Shown: positions 52,559 through 62,977 of the stretch, in pieces
Layout: the number at the start of each line of letters is the position of its first letter
Position numbering within the stretch: the first letter of the stretch is position 1
Assembly: GCA_034520945.1 (NCBI GenBank)
Contig: JAXHNB010000006.1
Coordinates: 320,001-384,000, forward strand
DNA from: Trueperaceae bacterium
Lineage (GTDB): Bacteria; Deinococcota; Deinococci; Deinococcales; Trueperaceae
Length of the DNA: 64,000 nucleotides
Direction of reading: 5' to 3'
Translations under genes and position numbers: made by a program
Notes under the pieces: model-generated
The model's database searches: none
What the model was told of the DNA's origin: nothing
The model's input: the letters and a program-made list of their open reading frames with translations, nothing else

Positions 52559-52879
52559 ATGGCCACCACCGACGTCCACACGGAACGCCCCGAGGATCTG
52601 TTCGTGTTCAAGCTGCACATCCTCCACCCCACCGAACGGCCGTACATGAACTGGGACATCTGGAAGCACCGTGCCAACCTCGACGAGAAGGTCGCACTGC
52701 ACCTTCGCCAGGCGCTCGGCGTGGGGGAGCCGGAGAGCCTGAGGCTGACGGCGCGCCTGCTGAACGGTGAGACCCTGGTGTTCCCCTATGCGACGAACGT
52801 CTTCTCCGCGCCGGGAGCGGTCCTGGTCCCCGACGCACGTGCCATCGTGGTCGGAGCTGGAGAGGCCGGACGCATGTAA
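52559..52879 (+). CDS. hypothetical protein (106 aa)
   Basis: Clean ORF with high-GC3 codons and a purine-rich SD; no family recognised. Confidence 0.65.
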   Translation: MATTDVHTERPEDLFVFKLHILHPTERPYMNWDIWKHRANLDEKVALHLRQALGVGEPESLRLTARLLNGETLVFPYATNVFSAPGAVLVPDARAIVVGAGEAGRM

Positions 52880-52916
52880 GCGACCGCGCGCGCGGTCCGC
52901 GGTAGCCTCGAACGCC

Positions 52917-53738
52917 ATGAGCACGCCCCGCATCGTCGACCTTCACACCCATCACGCCCGCTGCGGCCACGCCGAGGGCACCCTCGAGGAGGTCGCCCGC
53001 CACGCCCATGCGCGCGGCGTGGGCGTCCTCGGCTGGAGCGATCACGCGCCGCTGTTCGCGCACCCCGACGATCACCCCTATCCCGCCATCCAGATGGCGC
53101 GTTCGCAGTGGCCGGACTACCTGGACGAGGCGGAGGCGGTGCGCGCCCGCTTGGCGGAGGAGGGCCTGGACATCGACCTGCGCATCGGCATCGAAGCCGA
53201 CTACCTGCCCGGCACGGAGGACGCGTACCGCGAGGCGTTGCGCGATCCGCGCCTGGATTACGTCCTCGGCTCGGTGCACGAGGCGAACGGTTGGCACGTG
53301 TACAAGCCCGCCACGTGGGGGGACCTGCACGACCCGGACGAATTCCATGTCGCCTACTGGCGCGCCCTGCGCCAGGCGGCGGGGTCGGGCCTGTTCGACG
53401 TGTTGTCGCACCTCGACGCCATCAAGGCGATGGCGCCGGCGCCGCGCCGCGACCACGCGGCGGAGCGCGAGGCGACCTTGGACGCCATCGCCGACGCGGG
53501 CGTGGCGGTGGAGATCAACGCGTCCGGCGTTCGCAAGGCCGGCGAGTTCTTCCCCGCGCCCGATCTGCTAGAGGGGCTGGTGCGGCGGGGCGTGCCGATC
53601 ACCTTCGGGTCGGACGCGCACCGCTTCGAGGAGCTGGGCACGGGCTTCGCCGACGCCGCGCAGCTGTTGCGGTCGCTGGGGCGCAGCGAACTGGTGACGT
53701 TTCGCGGTCGTCGGCGTGTGTGGGAGCCGCTGCCCTAA
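52917..53738 (+). CDS. hisJ: PHP-family histidinol-phosphatase
   Basis: DLHTHHARCGHAEG, SDHAP, GIEADY, DYVLGSVH, HLD, EINASG and GSDAH. Confidence 0.82.
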   Translation: MSTPRIVDLHTHHARCGHAEGTLEEVARHAHARGVGVLGWSDHAPLFAHPDDHPYPAIQMARSQWPDYLDEAEAVRARLAEEGLDIDLRIGIEADYLPGTEDAYREALRDPRLDYVLGSVHEANGWHVYKPATWGDLHDPDEFHVAYWRALRQAAGSGLFDVLSHLDAIKAMAPAPRRDHAAEREATLDAIADAGVAVEINASGVRKAGEFFPAPDLLEGLVRRGVPITFGSDAHRFEELGTGFADAAQLLRSLGRSELVTFRGRRRVWEPLP

Positions 53739-53889
53739 TCGGAGTCGCGGGCGTCGCGAGAGGCCGTGGGTGCGCCCGTGACGGTGCGCGCCGCAAGGAA
53801 CCACGCCGATCCTGGCGCCACGTCCGGGAGTGCTATCGTCGCTGTACCACGCACGCTTCTTCGTCTGGACCCGAAGGGAGTGGTTCTTC

Positions 53890-54460
53890 ATGGGCAAAGG
53901 TACGTGGCGTTGGCTTCTCGGTGTGGTGCTCGCGGCTCTGATGTCCGTCGGACAGGCGACGGGTGACGGTCCCATGCTGATGCTGGACACGGGCACGCTC
54001 GAGGCCGATCTCGGCGGGACGACCCTTCACGCGAGCGAAGTGACGGGCGCGCACGTCGGTCAGATCGACGAGGAGCTGTTCGTGGCAATCGTGGTCGACG
54101 AGGCGACAAGATCGGACGAGGCGCGCTCGGTCCGCGGCTACGTCTGCAACCGTGAGGTCGGCGTGTGGCTGGACGGCGAGGTGAACGGTAACGAGGTGAC
54201 GCTGTCGTCGGACGACGGCGTCATCCAGCTCGAAGCGCGGATCGGCACGCGACGACGGGTTCGGCGGTCGCGTCCACCTCGGAGAGGCCGGGTCGCACCC
54301 GTTCACGGTGACGTCCGCGACGGGCGACGCGGGCCTGTGCCGCGCCGAGGTGCAGGTCGAGGGCGAGGACCGGATGGCGGGGTGGGGTGGCGTGCCTGGA
54401 GGACGGCCGGCAGCGCGGAGGCCTGGACGGCGAAGGGCGACGACCCGCTGTAGGGGTGGG
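53890..54460 (+). pseudogene. secreted hypothetical protein interrupted by frameshifts
   Basis: Signal peptide; VRGYVCN...WLDG, then DDGFGG...AGLCRA...AGW and LEDGRQRGG in successive frames; 3' end uncertain. Confidence 0.5.
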
Positions 54461-54628
54461 CGGGGTCGAAAGGTGTTCCGACGTGGTGGTTCGCGTTCGT
54501 GCAGTACCCGTGCGCACCCTTGCCGAGAACGACATGGAGGCGTGGAACGAGTGGTGGATCGCCCCGTCGAGGTACGGGCCCGCACCGCGTGGTGCCCGCA
54601 TCGTGCTCCGTTCATCCTCATGGTCACC

Positions 54629-54660
54629 AAAAAACCCGGCGCGCACGCGCTTGCGCCGGG
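54629..54660 (-). terminator. intrinsic terminator
   Basis: Minus strand reads CCCGGCGC-loop-GCGCCGGG followed by TTTTTT. Confidence 0.7.
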
Positions 54661-54679
54661 CTCGCGGTGTGCGGGGCTG

Positions 54680-54955
54680 CTTCTGGCTGGACGACCTTTC
54701 TGTCGGCGCGCGTCCCAGAACTGCCGGTACTCCGTAGCCAGCGCTCGACCTCTTGCAGTGGCCAGGCCTCCAAGCTGACGTGATGATGTCGGCCCGAGCG
54801 GCGGCGTCGGATCAGCCCGCGAGCCTCGAGCATCTTGAGGTGCTTGCTGATGGCGGGTGCGCTCACGTCGAAGGGGGCGGCCAACTCCTGGACGGTGGCG
54901 GGCCCCCGGCGGAGGCGAGCCAACATGGCGCGGCGGTTGCGTTCGGCGATCGGAG
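54680..54955 (-). pseudogene. ArsR/SmtB regulator remnant
   Basis: NRRAMLARLRRGPATVQELAAPFDVSAPAISKHLKMLE...; EYRQFW in another frame; no proper N-terminus. Confidence 0.7.
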
Positions 54956-55107
54956 GGGCGCCTCGCGTCGACCCTCGCGACCGTAGTGCTGGCGCTTCGC
55001 GACCCTGTCACGAGCCCTTGCGTCGGAGGATTCGCTATGGTCTACTTTGATTTGGCCCATCGTGGCCACCCCGCGACCCTCACCACAGGTCGCGACCCCC
55101 ACCATCA

Positions 55108-55144
55108 GGAAGCCCCAGCCGGCCCCCCACTGGCTGGGGCTTCC
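55108..55144. terminator. 13-bp perfect-stem hairpin, possible terminator
   Basis: GGAAGCCCCAGCC-N11-GGCTGGGGCTTCC. Confidence 0.55.
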
Positions 55145-55147
55145 CTA

Positions 55148-55275
55148 TGGACTGGACCGAGAGGCCGCCGAACGAGGGCGTGCCTACCACCGGCGTTCCG
55201 TCCAAGGGTTCCTCGAAGGGTTCCGCGGCGTGCTACGCTACTCGCACGAGTTTCAAGCTCGATGCCGTGCGCGGA
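55148..55275 (+). mobile_element. possible IS3-family left-end remnant
   Basis: Starts TGGACTGGACC; RYSHEF/KLDAVR (one-base shift) resembles an IS3 OrfA N-terminus; no DDE domain follows. Confidence 0.3.
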
Positions 55276-55692
55276 CGCCGCCGACAGGGACGACGCCTCC
55301 ACGAAGCATTTCCACGGTGCGGCGCTGGCAATTCGCGTGAAGGCGGACGAGGAGAGGTGTCCGTGTCATGGATTGCGGTCGCTCGCATGCGTCGTGCGCG
55401 GGTCGGAGCCCGTGCCGGATCTTGCATGGCGGCCGGTGCCCCACGTTCGGCACCTACGTCGGCGACGCGATCGGCCTCCTCCAAGACATACGCCTCGCTC
55501 TCGATGGGCTCGGGGCGTGGATCGAGGAACTGCGGGCCGAGGGCACCACCCTGGACCACGCCGAGGATGGTCGCTCGAGGAGAGACGCGTCTCGGTAGGG
55601 CCAGGAGGTAGGCACATGCGACGACCCCACGCACCCATCGTTCCCAACCTCGGTCGGGTGGCGACCGCATTCATTGCTGGCGCCGCGACACC

Positions 55693-56217
55693 ATGAACCA
55701 CCGGGCTTGCTGGGCCGTGGCCGGCAGCTCGTACGCTCGACGCGATGCGATGACAGCCGTCTGCGCCTGGACGGCAGCGCTGGCCTTGTCCGGCCTGCTG
55801 GTCGCCTGCGGCGGGCCGCCGCCTGGGCCGGGCGGGGGCGGCGGGGACACGACGCCACCCACGGTGCTTGCGACCCGACCCGAAGACGGCGCCAGCGACG
55901 TGCCCCTCGAGGCCACGTTGGCCGTCACCTTCTCGGAAGCCATGGATGCGGCCGCGACCGCAGAAGCTTTGGCCCTGACGCCGGCCGTCGCGTGCGACGT
56001 CGCATGGGGCGTGGGGGGAACCGTGTTGTCCTGCGATCCCCAGGAAGCCCTGCGTGCGAACCGCGCCTACGCCGTGACGATCGGAACGGGCGCACGCGAT
56101 ACGGCGGGCAACGCGTTGACGGCCCCCTTCCGGTACGGCTTCACGACCGGAACGGATGCGCGTCCGGTGTGCGCATTCGACATCTCCGCCTTCGACAGCT
56201 GCGTGTTCGGCCTTTAG
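55693..56217 (+). CDS. lipoprotein with SbsA/Big_5-type Ig-like domain
   Basis: Lipobox LVAC; DTTPPTV...P.DGA.DV...VTFSEAMD...ARDTAGNAL...FTTG; tail CAFDISAFDSCVFGL; alternative start 55750. Confidence 0.8.
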   Translation: MNHRACWAVAGSSYARRDAMTAVCAWTAALALSGLLVACGGPPPGPGGGGGDTTPPTVLATRPEDGASDVPLEATLAVTFSEAMDAAATAEALALTPAVACDVAWGVGGTVLSCDPQEALRANRAYAVTIGTGARDTAGNALTAPFRYGFTTGTDARPVCAFDISAFDSCVFGL

Positions 56218-56249
56218 GTGCCGGCAGCGAGCCTACAAGGAGTCGCACC

Positions 56250-57002
56250 ATGAAAAGGCCGTTCAGAAGCTTGATCGTCACCGTCTCCCTCGCCTTTGGC
56301 GTATGGACCTTCGCCGTCGTCGACCTGAGCCAAGTCGCCACCTCCTTCAAGGGCGGCGACGTGCTGTCCGCCACGACCTTCAACGAACTGTTCGCTGCGA
56401 TCGACGCCAACTTCCAAGCGGTCGTCGCCGCGATCGAGGGCAACGAGACGGCCGTGGAAGCGCTCGAGGGCTTCGACGCCGCCCTCGCGTCCAGTTCCTG
56501 CCCCCCGGGCCAAGCGCTGCAGGCCGTCGCACCCGGCGGGACCGCTACCTGCGTGGCCACCGGTGGGGCGGATCCCGCCGTGGTGCCGGCGGTGAGCGCC
56601 ACGCTGGGCGCAAGCCTCGTCGTGGCGTCGGGAAGCCTCGTAACCGTGCCCTACGAGGCCGAGTTCTTCGACACGGCAGAGCTGCACGACCCCATCGGCG
56701 ACGCACCCCTCCTCATCGCGTCCGAGGCGGGCATCTACCAAGTGTCGGCCACGGTGACGTGGCCCAACGATCCCGACGGCATCCGCCAGATTTTGGTTCG
56801 GCCGCCCGGCGGCTTCGGGCGCTTGAGCGACACGCGCCAGGCGGTGAGCGGCGTCTTGAGCCAGTCCCTGTCGGGCCTGCTGCGGCTCGACGCGGGCGAC
56901 GCGCTCGAGGTGGTCGCGTTTCAGACGAGCGGAGCCGACTTGACGTTGTCCGCGACCTCGCCGCAGCAGTTCGCCATGGTGAAGGTGGCGACCGCCCCGT
57001 AG
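56250..57002 (+). CDS. secreted protein: fibre-like N-terminal motif, short coiled coil, C1q/TNF-like head
   Basis: SD AAGGAG; signal peptide; FKGGDVLSATTFNELF; VPYEAEFFD, AGIYQVSATV and LRLDAGDALEV. Confidence 0.7.
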   Translation: MKRPFRSLIVTVSLAFGVWTFAVVDLSQVATSFKGGDVLSATTFNELFAAIDANFQAVVAAIEGNETAVEALEGFDAALASSSCPPGQALQAVAPGGTATCVATGGADPAVVPAVSATLGASLVVASGSLVTVPYEAEFFDTAELHDPIGDAPLLIASEAGIYQVSATVTWPNDPDGIRQILVRPPGGFGRLSDTRQAVSGVLSQSLSGLLRLDAGDALEVVAFQTSGADLTLSATSPQQFAMVKVATAP

Positions 57003-57259
57003 GCCGGGGCCCAATGTTCACGACGGCGGACGCGGCCTGACGTGCAGCCCGAATCCGGCCGAAGCATGGCGCACGCAATGCTGGACGCGCCACCGTACGT
57101 CGAACGCCACCACGCGTTTCCTCGCGGGCCTCGCCGACCGCGCGGTACCTGCTCCACACGCCCGATCGCAGCGAGGGACGCGAGCACCGGCTACGCTGGG
57201 CGCCGCAGTGTGCGCCGTCCCTTTAGACGGGTCGCCGATCATTGGATACGTGGAGCGCC

Positions 57260-58165
57260 ATGGATAGCGATCACACCACACGTCTTGCGAGTTGGATCGT
57301 GGCCGGGACCGGCGCGCTGTGGGGCCTGTACTGGCTGCCGGTGCGCCGCCTGGCCGAGATCGCCCTCCCAGGCGCCTGGGGGGCTCTGGCGATCGTCGCC
57401 GCTGCGGCGGTTGTCCTGGCACCCGTGGCGCTGAGGCGACGCCAGGAGCTGGCAGGCGTGGACCCTTCGGGTCTCGCCTCGCTCGCCCTTGGTGGCGCCG
57501 CCTTCCTGCTCTACTCCGTCGGATTCGTGTACGGACGGGTCGCGATCATCATCCTGCTGTTCTACTTGACGCCGGTCTGGAGCACGCTGATCGGACGATT
57601 CGTGATGGGGTGGCGCGCGCCGCGCCTACGCATCGTCGCCATCGCGATCGGCCTCGCCGGCCTGATGGTGATGCTCGCGGGGGATGGCACACTCCCGGTC
57701 CCGCGCGGCCCGGGCGAGTGGCTGGCCCTGCTCTCCGGCCTGCTGTGGTCGGTCTCGACCACCGGCATTCGCACCAAGTCCATGCCCGGACCGGTCGTGG
57801 CCGCCTTCGTCTTCGTCCTCGGCGCTCTTGCGGGGGCGTTGCTGCTGGCGCCGCTTCTGGAGCCCCTTCCGGCGAGCATTCCGCGCGCGAGCGTGCTTCC
57901 GGCGATCGGCTGGACGTTGGCTGCGGGGGGTCTCTGGTGGGGCGTGTCCATGGTGGGCCTGATGTGGTCGACGGTGCGTCTGGAGCCCGCGCGTGTGGGT
58001 CTGCTGTTGATGCCGGAGGTTCTCGTCGGCGCCGTGTCGGCGGCGCTTCTCGCCAGGGAACACTTGGCATCGTTGGAAGTCGTTGGAGGAGCGCTGGTCC
58101 TGTGCGCCAGTCTGTTGGAGCTCTGGCCCATGCAGGGGCGACGCAGCCTTCGTGCGCGGCCATGA
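57260..58165 (+). CDS. DMT/EamA family transporter
   Basis: GALWGLYWLP, LFYLTPVWSTL and LLMPEVLVG; about ten hydrophobic segments. Confidence 0.88.
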   Translation: MDSDHTTRLASWIVAGTGALWGLYWLPVRRLAEIALPGAWGALAIVAAAAVVLAPVALRRRQELAGVDPSGLASLALGGAAFLLYSVGFVYGRVAIIILLFYLTPVWSTLIGRFVMGWRAPRLRIVAIAIGLAGLMVMLAGDGTLPVPRGPGEWLALLSGLLWSVSTTGIRTKSMPGPVVAAFVFVLGALAGALLLAPLLEPLPASIPRASVLPAIGWTLAAGGLWWGVSMVGLMWSTVRLEPARVGLLLMPEVLVGAVSAALLAREHLASLEVVGGALVLCASLLELWPMQGRRSLRARP

Positions 58166-58252
58166 TCCACAGCGCGTTCCGACCCCTTCCTGCTCATTGG
58201 GCCGGGCGGTTCGGACGCGCCTTGCGAGGTCGGAAGACGCACCCACGCGGTC

Positions 58253-58513
58253 TCAGTTGCGATAGACGCGACGTCGATGTGCAACCTTCACGACGTAGAT
58301 GAGGAGTTCCTGGTCGATGATCTCGTAGACGATGCGGTACACGCCCTGGCGAACGCGATATCGCGGTTGACCGCTGAGCTTCTCGCAATCCTGGGGACGC
58401 GGATCTTCGGCCAGTTCCTGGATGCGGTGCAGGATGCGCGCCACGTCCTTCGCGGGAATGGGGCGCAGGTCCTTCCGGACGCTCGCCTTGAATCTGAGCC
58501 TATAGCGTGCCAT
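58253..58513 (-). CDS. relE: RelE/ParE family toxin
   Basis: SVRKDLRPI...LAEDPRP...KLSG...YRVRQGVYRIVYEI...KVAHRRRVYR. Confidence 0.9.
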   Translation of the reverse strand: MARYRLRFKASVRKDLRPIPAKDVARILHRIQELAEDPRPQDCEKLSGQPRYRVRQGVYRIVYEIIDQELLIYVVKVAHRRRVYRN

Positions 58514-58733
58514 CCGCCTCGAGGGCGCGCAGCAGGTCCTCGTAGCTCATGGTGGGCTCCCCAGCGCGGTCGTCGAAGGCGGCGAGATCCTCCCGGTCCT
58601 CGGCGAACGCGGTGCGAAGCGCCTCGTTGACCAGGTCGGACACGGACCGGCCCGAGTGGGCGGCTTTCACGCGCAATGCTTCGTGCAAGCGGGGTTCGAA
58701 GTAGACCGTGGAGCGCTTGGACCGCTCAGCCAT
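58500..58733 (-). CDS. CopG/RHH antitoxin
   Basis: KRSTVYFEPRLHEALRVKAA...SVSDLVNEALR...EDREDLAAF; overlaps the toxin start. Confidence 0.85.
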   Translation of the reverse strand: MAERSKRSTVYFEPRLHEALRVKAAHSGRSVSDLVNEALRTAFAEDREDLAAFDDRAGEPTMSYEDLLRALEADGTL

Positions 58734-60807
58734 GGCAACCCCCTTCCGGCGACATTATAGCGTCATGATGTTGTGGCGCCTCGGCCAGCTCGGTCCAGGC
58801 ACGCAGCGTCTCGGCCACCGACCAGGCCTGCGCGGGGCAGCCGCGCGGCCCATGGGGAGCGTCACCGTCGAAGATCTCGGCGATCGACCCGACGCCGTGC
58901 GCCCGTAGGTGGTCGCGGAACGGCTCGAGAAACGAGCGCGCCACCCGGGCGTCGCCGTGCACCCGCTCGTGCGCCAACGCGAATGGGCCCAGCAGCCAGC
59001 CCCAGGCCGTGCCCTGGTGGTAGGCGCCGTCCCGGGCGGAGGCGTCGCCGCCGTAGTGGCCATGGTAGTCGGGATGCTCGGGGGCCAGGCTGCGCAGGCC
59101 GTGCGAGGTGAGCAACGACCGTTCGCAGGCGTCCACGATGGCGCGTTGGCGCCCTACGCCGAAGGCGCTGGCCGGCAGCGACACCGCCAAGATCTGGTTC
59201 GGCCGCAGGGAGGGATCATTACCGGTGGGCCCATCGAGGACGTCCATGAGGTGGGCGCGCTCCCGGTCCCAGAATCGCTGCATGCCGGCGCGCACCCGTT
59301 CGGCGCGGGCGGTCCACGGGGCGGGGTCGAGGCCCAGCCGCTCGGCCAGGCCGGCCAGCGCCACCAGGCCGTTGAACCAGAGCGCGTTGACCTCCACGCA
59401 CTTCCCCTGGCGGGGGGTGACGACCCAGTCGCCGACCTTCGCGTCCATCCAGGTCAGCTGGACGCCCAGTTCGCCGGCGCGCAGCAGACCGTCCGCCGGG
59501 TCGACACCGATGCCGTAGCGGGTACCGCGTTCGTGTGCGTCGACGATCGCCTCGAGCACCGGCCACAACTCGCGGGCCAGGTCCAGGTCGTCGCTGGCCT
59601 GCACGTAGGCGCGCACCGCTTCGAGGAACCACAGGGTGGCGTCCACCGTGTTGTACGCGGGGTCCCCGTCCTCATCGGGGAAGCGGTTGGGCAACATGCC
59701 GCCATCCACGAAGTGCGCGTAGGTGGTGAGCAGCTCGCGGGCCACGTCGGGCCGGCCGGTGCACAGCGTCAGGCCGGGCAGGGCGACCATCGTGTCGCGC
59801 CCCCAGTCGCCGAACCAGGGGTAGCCGGCGATGACGGAGGTGCCCGGCCGCCCGTCCACCGGCCGCTCGACCAGGAACTGGTCCGCGGCCAGCGCCAGCC
59901 GCGCGCCGAACGAATCGGCGCTGCGCCCCTGGTGCGCCTCGAAGCGCGCCACGACCGCCGCGTCGGCCGCGGCGGCCTGCTGGAACGCCTCGGCCGGGTC
60001 GACGGGGTCCGCGTCGGCCGACAGCACCAGGTGCGCCGCGTCGCCCGGCGCCAGGTCGACCGTGGCGGTGGCGGCGTGCAGGGCATCGTCGAAGTGATCC
60101 AGCCCCCGCTCGCGTTCCCGGGCCAGGAGGAACCCTTCGTACCAGGCGTCGGCCGGCGTCAGCGTCATGGCGTCGCTGGCGATGCGCAGCGCGGCGTCAT
60201 GTGCGGGCGCCGCGACCACGACCGCGCCGCCCTCGGCCGTGGCGGTTAGGTCCGTGTCGGTCGCCCGCGTGGTGGCGTGGAAGTCGCGGTGCGTCGCCAG
60301 CACCTTCGCCGTCAGGCGGACCGGCGAGGGGGCCCGCACGAGTCGGGATTGGAGCACGGTGACGTTGCGTCCCGGCATCATCGTCAGACGCTGCTCGACG
60401 CAGATCGCACCGACGCAGAACCGCCAGACCGGCGTGCGTCCCTCGAGCCAGAACGCTTCGAGGTGATCGAAGCCGCGCGGATCGACCACGTCGCCGCGCC
60501 AGTGCGAGGCGTGCAGGCCGATCTCGCGACCGGCGAGCTGCAGCGAGGTGTGCACATCGGTGGCCATCACCGTGCGCTGGGCCGGGGGCGCCAACGCGGC
60601 CACCAACAGGCCGTGGTAGCGACGCGTCCGGATGCCTGGCACCGTGCCCGACGCGAACCCGCCGATCCCGTTCGTGACCAGCCACTCGAGCCCGTCGCGG
60701 GTCGCCGCGCCGGCGGTCGCCGCGGCGCCGGACGGTGCGGCGCCGGACGGCGGGGCGCCGCAGGCGGCACGGCCAAAGCGGACGGGATGCGGCGCGAGGG
60801 GGCTCAC
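58726..60807 (-). CDS. amylo-alpha-1,6-glucosidase (glycogen debranching enzyme)
   Basis: [44 protein letters not shown] and AQAWSVAE. Confidence 0.92.
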   Translation of the reverse strand: MSPLAPHPVRFGRAACGAPPSGAAPSGAAATAGAATRDGLEWLVTNGIGGFASGTVPGIRTRRYHGLLVAALAPPAQRTVMATDVHTSLQLAGREIGLHASHWRGDVVDPRGFDHLEAFWLEGRTPVWRFCVGAICVEQRLTMMPGRNVTVLQSRLVRAPSPVRLTAKVLATHRDFHATTRATDTDLTATAEGGAVVVAAPAHDAALRIASDAMTLTPADAWYEGFLLARERERGLDHFDDALHAATATVDLAPGDAAHLVLSADADPVDPAEAFQQAAAADAAVVARFEAHQGRSADSFGARLALAADQFLVERPVDGRPGTSVIAGYPWFGDWGRDTMVALPGLTLCTGRPDVARELLTTYAHFVDGGMLPNRFPDEDGDPAYNTVDATLWFLEAVRAYVQASDDLDLARELWPVLEAIVDAHERGTRYGIGVDPADGLLRAGELGVQLTWMDAKVGDWVVTPRQGKCVEVNALWFNGLVALAGLAERLGLDPAPWTARAERVRAGMQRFWDRERAHLMDVLDGPTGNDPSLRPNQILAVSLPASAFGVGRQRAIVDACERSLLTSHGLRSLAPEHPDYHGHYGGDASARDGAYHQGTAWGWLLGPFALAHERVHGDARVARSFLEPFRDHLRAHGVGSIAEIFDGDAPHGPRGCPAQAWSVAETLRAWTELAEAPQHHDAIMSPEGGCHG

Positions 60808-62396
60808 GTCCCGCTCGGCGGCTGGTAGCGAGCCTCCGTCGGATCCTCGCCGGGCGTGCGGCGAACGCGCCCGTTGGCGGCCAGGTGCTCGAGCAGTTGC
60901 TGTACCGTCTCGGTCCGCTCGGGGTGGCCCGCCTCCTGGGCCAGGTCGACCGCGGTCCGCGGCGTGTCCGGCGCGGTCCGCAGGGCGGCCAGGACCGCTT
61001 TGTGCAGCGCGATCACGTCACCCGCGGCGCGCTTGCCGGCCTCGACGCCGGGCTGGTGGTAGGCGTTGACGCCGATCAGGTGGGCGTAGAGGCCGACCGC
61101 CCGCTCGAACAGCGCGATCAGCGCGCCCAGGCTGCGCGCGTCCACGTTCGGGAGGGTGATCGTGAGCGACTCGCGCGCGTTCTGCGACAACGCCTCGCGG
61201 GTGCCGAGGAGGAAGCCCAGCAGGTAGTCGCCGGTGGTGACGTCGGGCTCGACCTCCAGCGCTGGGCCGTCCTGGTCCCGCAGCACCTGCACGAAGGTGA
61301 CGAAGAAGTCGTTCGTGCCGTCGCGAAGCTGCTGCACGTAGGCGTGCTGGTCGGTGGACCCCTTGTTGCCGTACACCGTCAGACCCTGCTCGACGCGCCT
61401 TCCGTTCAGATCTTCGGCCTTGCCCAGCGACTCCATCACGAGCTGTTGCAAGTAGCGCGAGAACAGCAGCAGGCGGTCCTTGTACGGCAGCACCACCATG
61501 GCCTTGTTTCCGTGTCCGTCTCCGGCGTGATGCCACATCAGCGCCAGAAGGGCGGCCGGGTTCGCGGTCGGCTCACGCACGCGGGTGGCCTCGTCCATGG
61601 CGGCAGCCCCCGCCAGCAGGGCGTCGATGTCGACGCCCTGCAGCGCGGCCGGCAGCAGCCCGACGGCCGAGAACACGGAGGTTCGGCCGCCCACCCAGTC
61701 CCACATCGGGAAGCGGGCCGACCAGCCGGCCTCCTGCGCCAGGCGGTCCAGTCGACTGCCGGCGCCGGTGACCGCTACGGCGTGCGCGGCGAAGTCCAGG
61801 CCGGCGTCGCGGTAGGCGCGCTGCGCGGTGAGCATGCCGTTGTGGGTTTCCTGGGTTCCTCCCGACTTCGACACCACCAGCGTGAGCGTGCGCGCCAGGT
61901 CGTCGCCAAGTCGGGCCAGGACGCGCTCCATGCCGTCTGGATCGGTGTTGTCGAAGAAGTGCACCGCGAGCGGGTCGTCTTCGCCGCCCAGCGCGCCGGC
62001 GACGAGCTGCGGGCCGAGGGCCGACCCGCCGATGCCCACGACGAGGACGTGCTCGAACCGCTCGGCGCGCTGGGGGCGTCGCCTGCCGGTGTGGACGTCG
62101 CGGGCGAAGTCGCGGATCGCTTCGCGGGTCGCGACGATGGCGTCCGTCATCTCGCGGTCGGGCGCGAGCTCCGGGGCGCGCAGCCAGTAGTGGCCCACCC
62201 TCCGGTCCTCGTCGGGGTTGGCGATGGCGCCCCCTTCCAGGGCGGCCATGGCTTCGAGCGCGTCGGCCATGGGGGCTTCCATCCGCGCCAGAAAGTCGTC
62301 GCTGAATCGCATGCGTGAGATGTCCAGCGTCACGTCCAGCGCCTCGACCTTGCACAGGTGGGCTCGGTAGCGTGCCCACGTCCCGGTATCGCTCAT
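60804..62396 (-). CDS. pgi: glucose-6-phosphate isomerase
   Basis: [36 protein letters not shown] and QPGVEAGK. Confidence 0.95.
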   Translation of the reverse strand: MSDTGTWARYRAHLCKVEALDVTLDISRMRFSDDFLARMEAPMADALEAMAALEGGAIANPDEDRRVGHYWLRAPELAPDREMTDAIVATREAIRDFARDVHTGRRRPQRAERFEHVLVVGIGGSALGPQLVAGALGGEDDPLAVHFFDNTDPDGMERVLARLGDDLARTLTLVVSKSGGTQETHNGMLTAQRAYRDAGLDFAAHAVAVTGAGSRLDRLAQEAGWSARFPMWDWVGGRTSVFSAVGLLPAALQGVDIDALLAGAAAMDEATRVREPTANPAALLALMWHHAGDGHGNKAMVVLPYKDRLLLFSRYLQQLVMESLGKAEDLNGRRVEQGLTVYGNKGSTDQHAYVQQLRDGTNDFFVTFVQVLRDQDGPALEVEPDVTTGDYLLGFLLGTREALSQNARESLTITLPNVDARSLGALIALFERAVGLYAHLIGVNAYHQPGVEAGKRAAGDVIALHKAVLAALRTAPDTPRTAVDLAQEAGHPERTETVQQLLEHLAANGRVRRTPGEDPTEARYQPPSGT

Positions 62397-62977
62397 CGCT
62401 CGTCCTCCAGGTGACAGATCTCGTTCCAGTGCCGCAATACGGGGCGTTCCCGTTCGGTCCCTAGGACGCAGACCGAGGCCGTGTCCAGCGCCAGCGCGCC
62501 GCCGGCGTTCGGCGGCCAGCCCAGCCAGCGGGCGGCCAGTACGCGCAACAGGTGACCGTGCGCGAATAGGGCGGCCGCGCCGTTTTGCGCGCGGACCCGC
62601 TCGATTACGCGGTCGGCGCGTGCACCTACGTCGCGGGCCGACTCGCCGTTCGGTGCGCCGTCGTCCCAGATCGTCCAGCCCGGCCACTCGGTGCGGATGT
62701 CGGCGGTGGTGCGCCCATCGTACGCGCCGTAGTCCCACTCTTGCAGGTCGGGATCCAGCTGGGCGACGTCGCCGTAGCCGGCCAAGCGGCAGGTCTCCAG
62801 GGCACGTGTCAACGGGCTGGTCAAAACCAGCTCGAACGACCTGTCGGCGATGCGGCTGCCAAGCGCCCCTGCCTGCTTGCGGCCGCGCTCGGTCAGCGGG
62901 ATGTCGCTCCGGCCGGTGTGCCGTCCCGACACCGTCCAGGGTGTCTCACCGTGCCGCAACAGCCATAGCTCGCTCAT
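62393..62977 (-). CDS. histidine phosphatase (phosphoglycerate mutase family)
   Basis: LLRHGET, SPLTRA, EWDYG and FAHGH. Confidence 0.9.
   Translation of the reverse strand: MSELWLLRHGETPWTVSGRHTGRSDIPLTERGRKQAGALGSRIADRSFELVLTSPLTRALETCRLAGYGDVAQLDPDLQEWDYGAYDGRTTADIRTEWPGWTIWDDGAPNGESARDVGARADRVIERVRAQNGAAALFAHGHLLRVLAARWLGWPPNAGGALALDTASVCVLGTERERPVLRHWNEICHLEDER

Noticed and set aside
55368..55598. 76-aa ORF in the decayed patch
   Set aside because: No family motif and surrounded by remnants; cannot be supported as a gene.
60722..60760. 15-bp tandem repeat in the debranching enzyme N-terminus
   Set aside because: A short in-frame low-complexity linker expansion (PSGAA) with no evident function.
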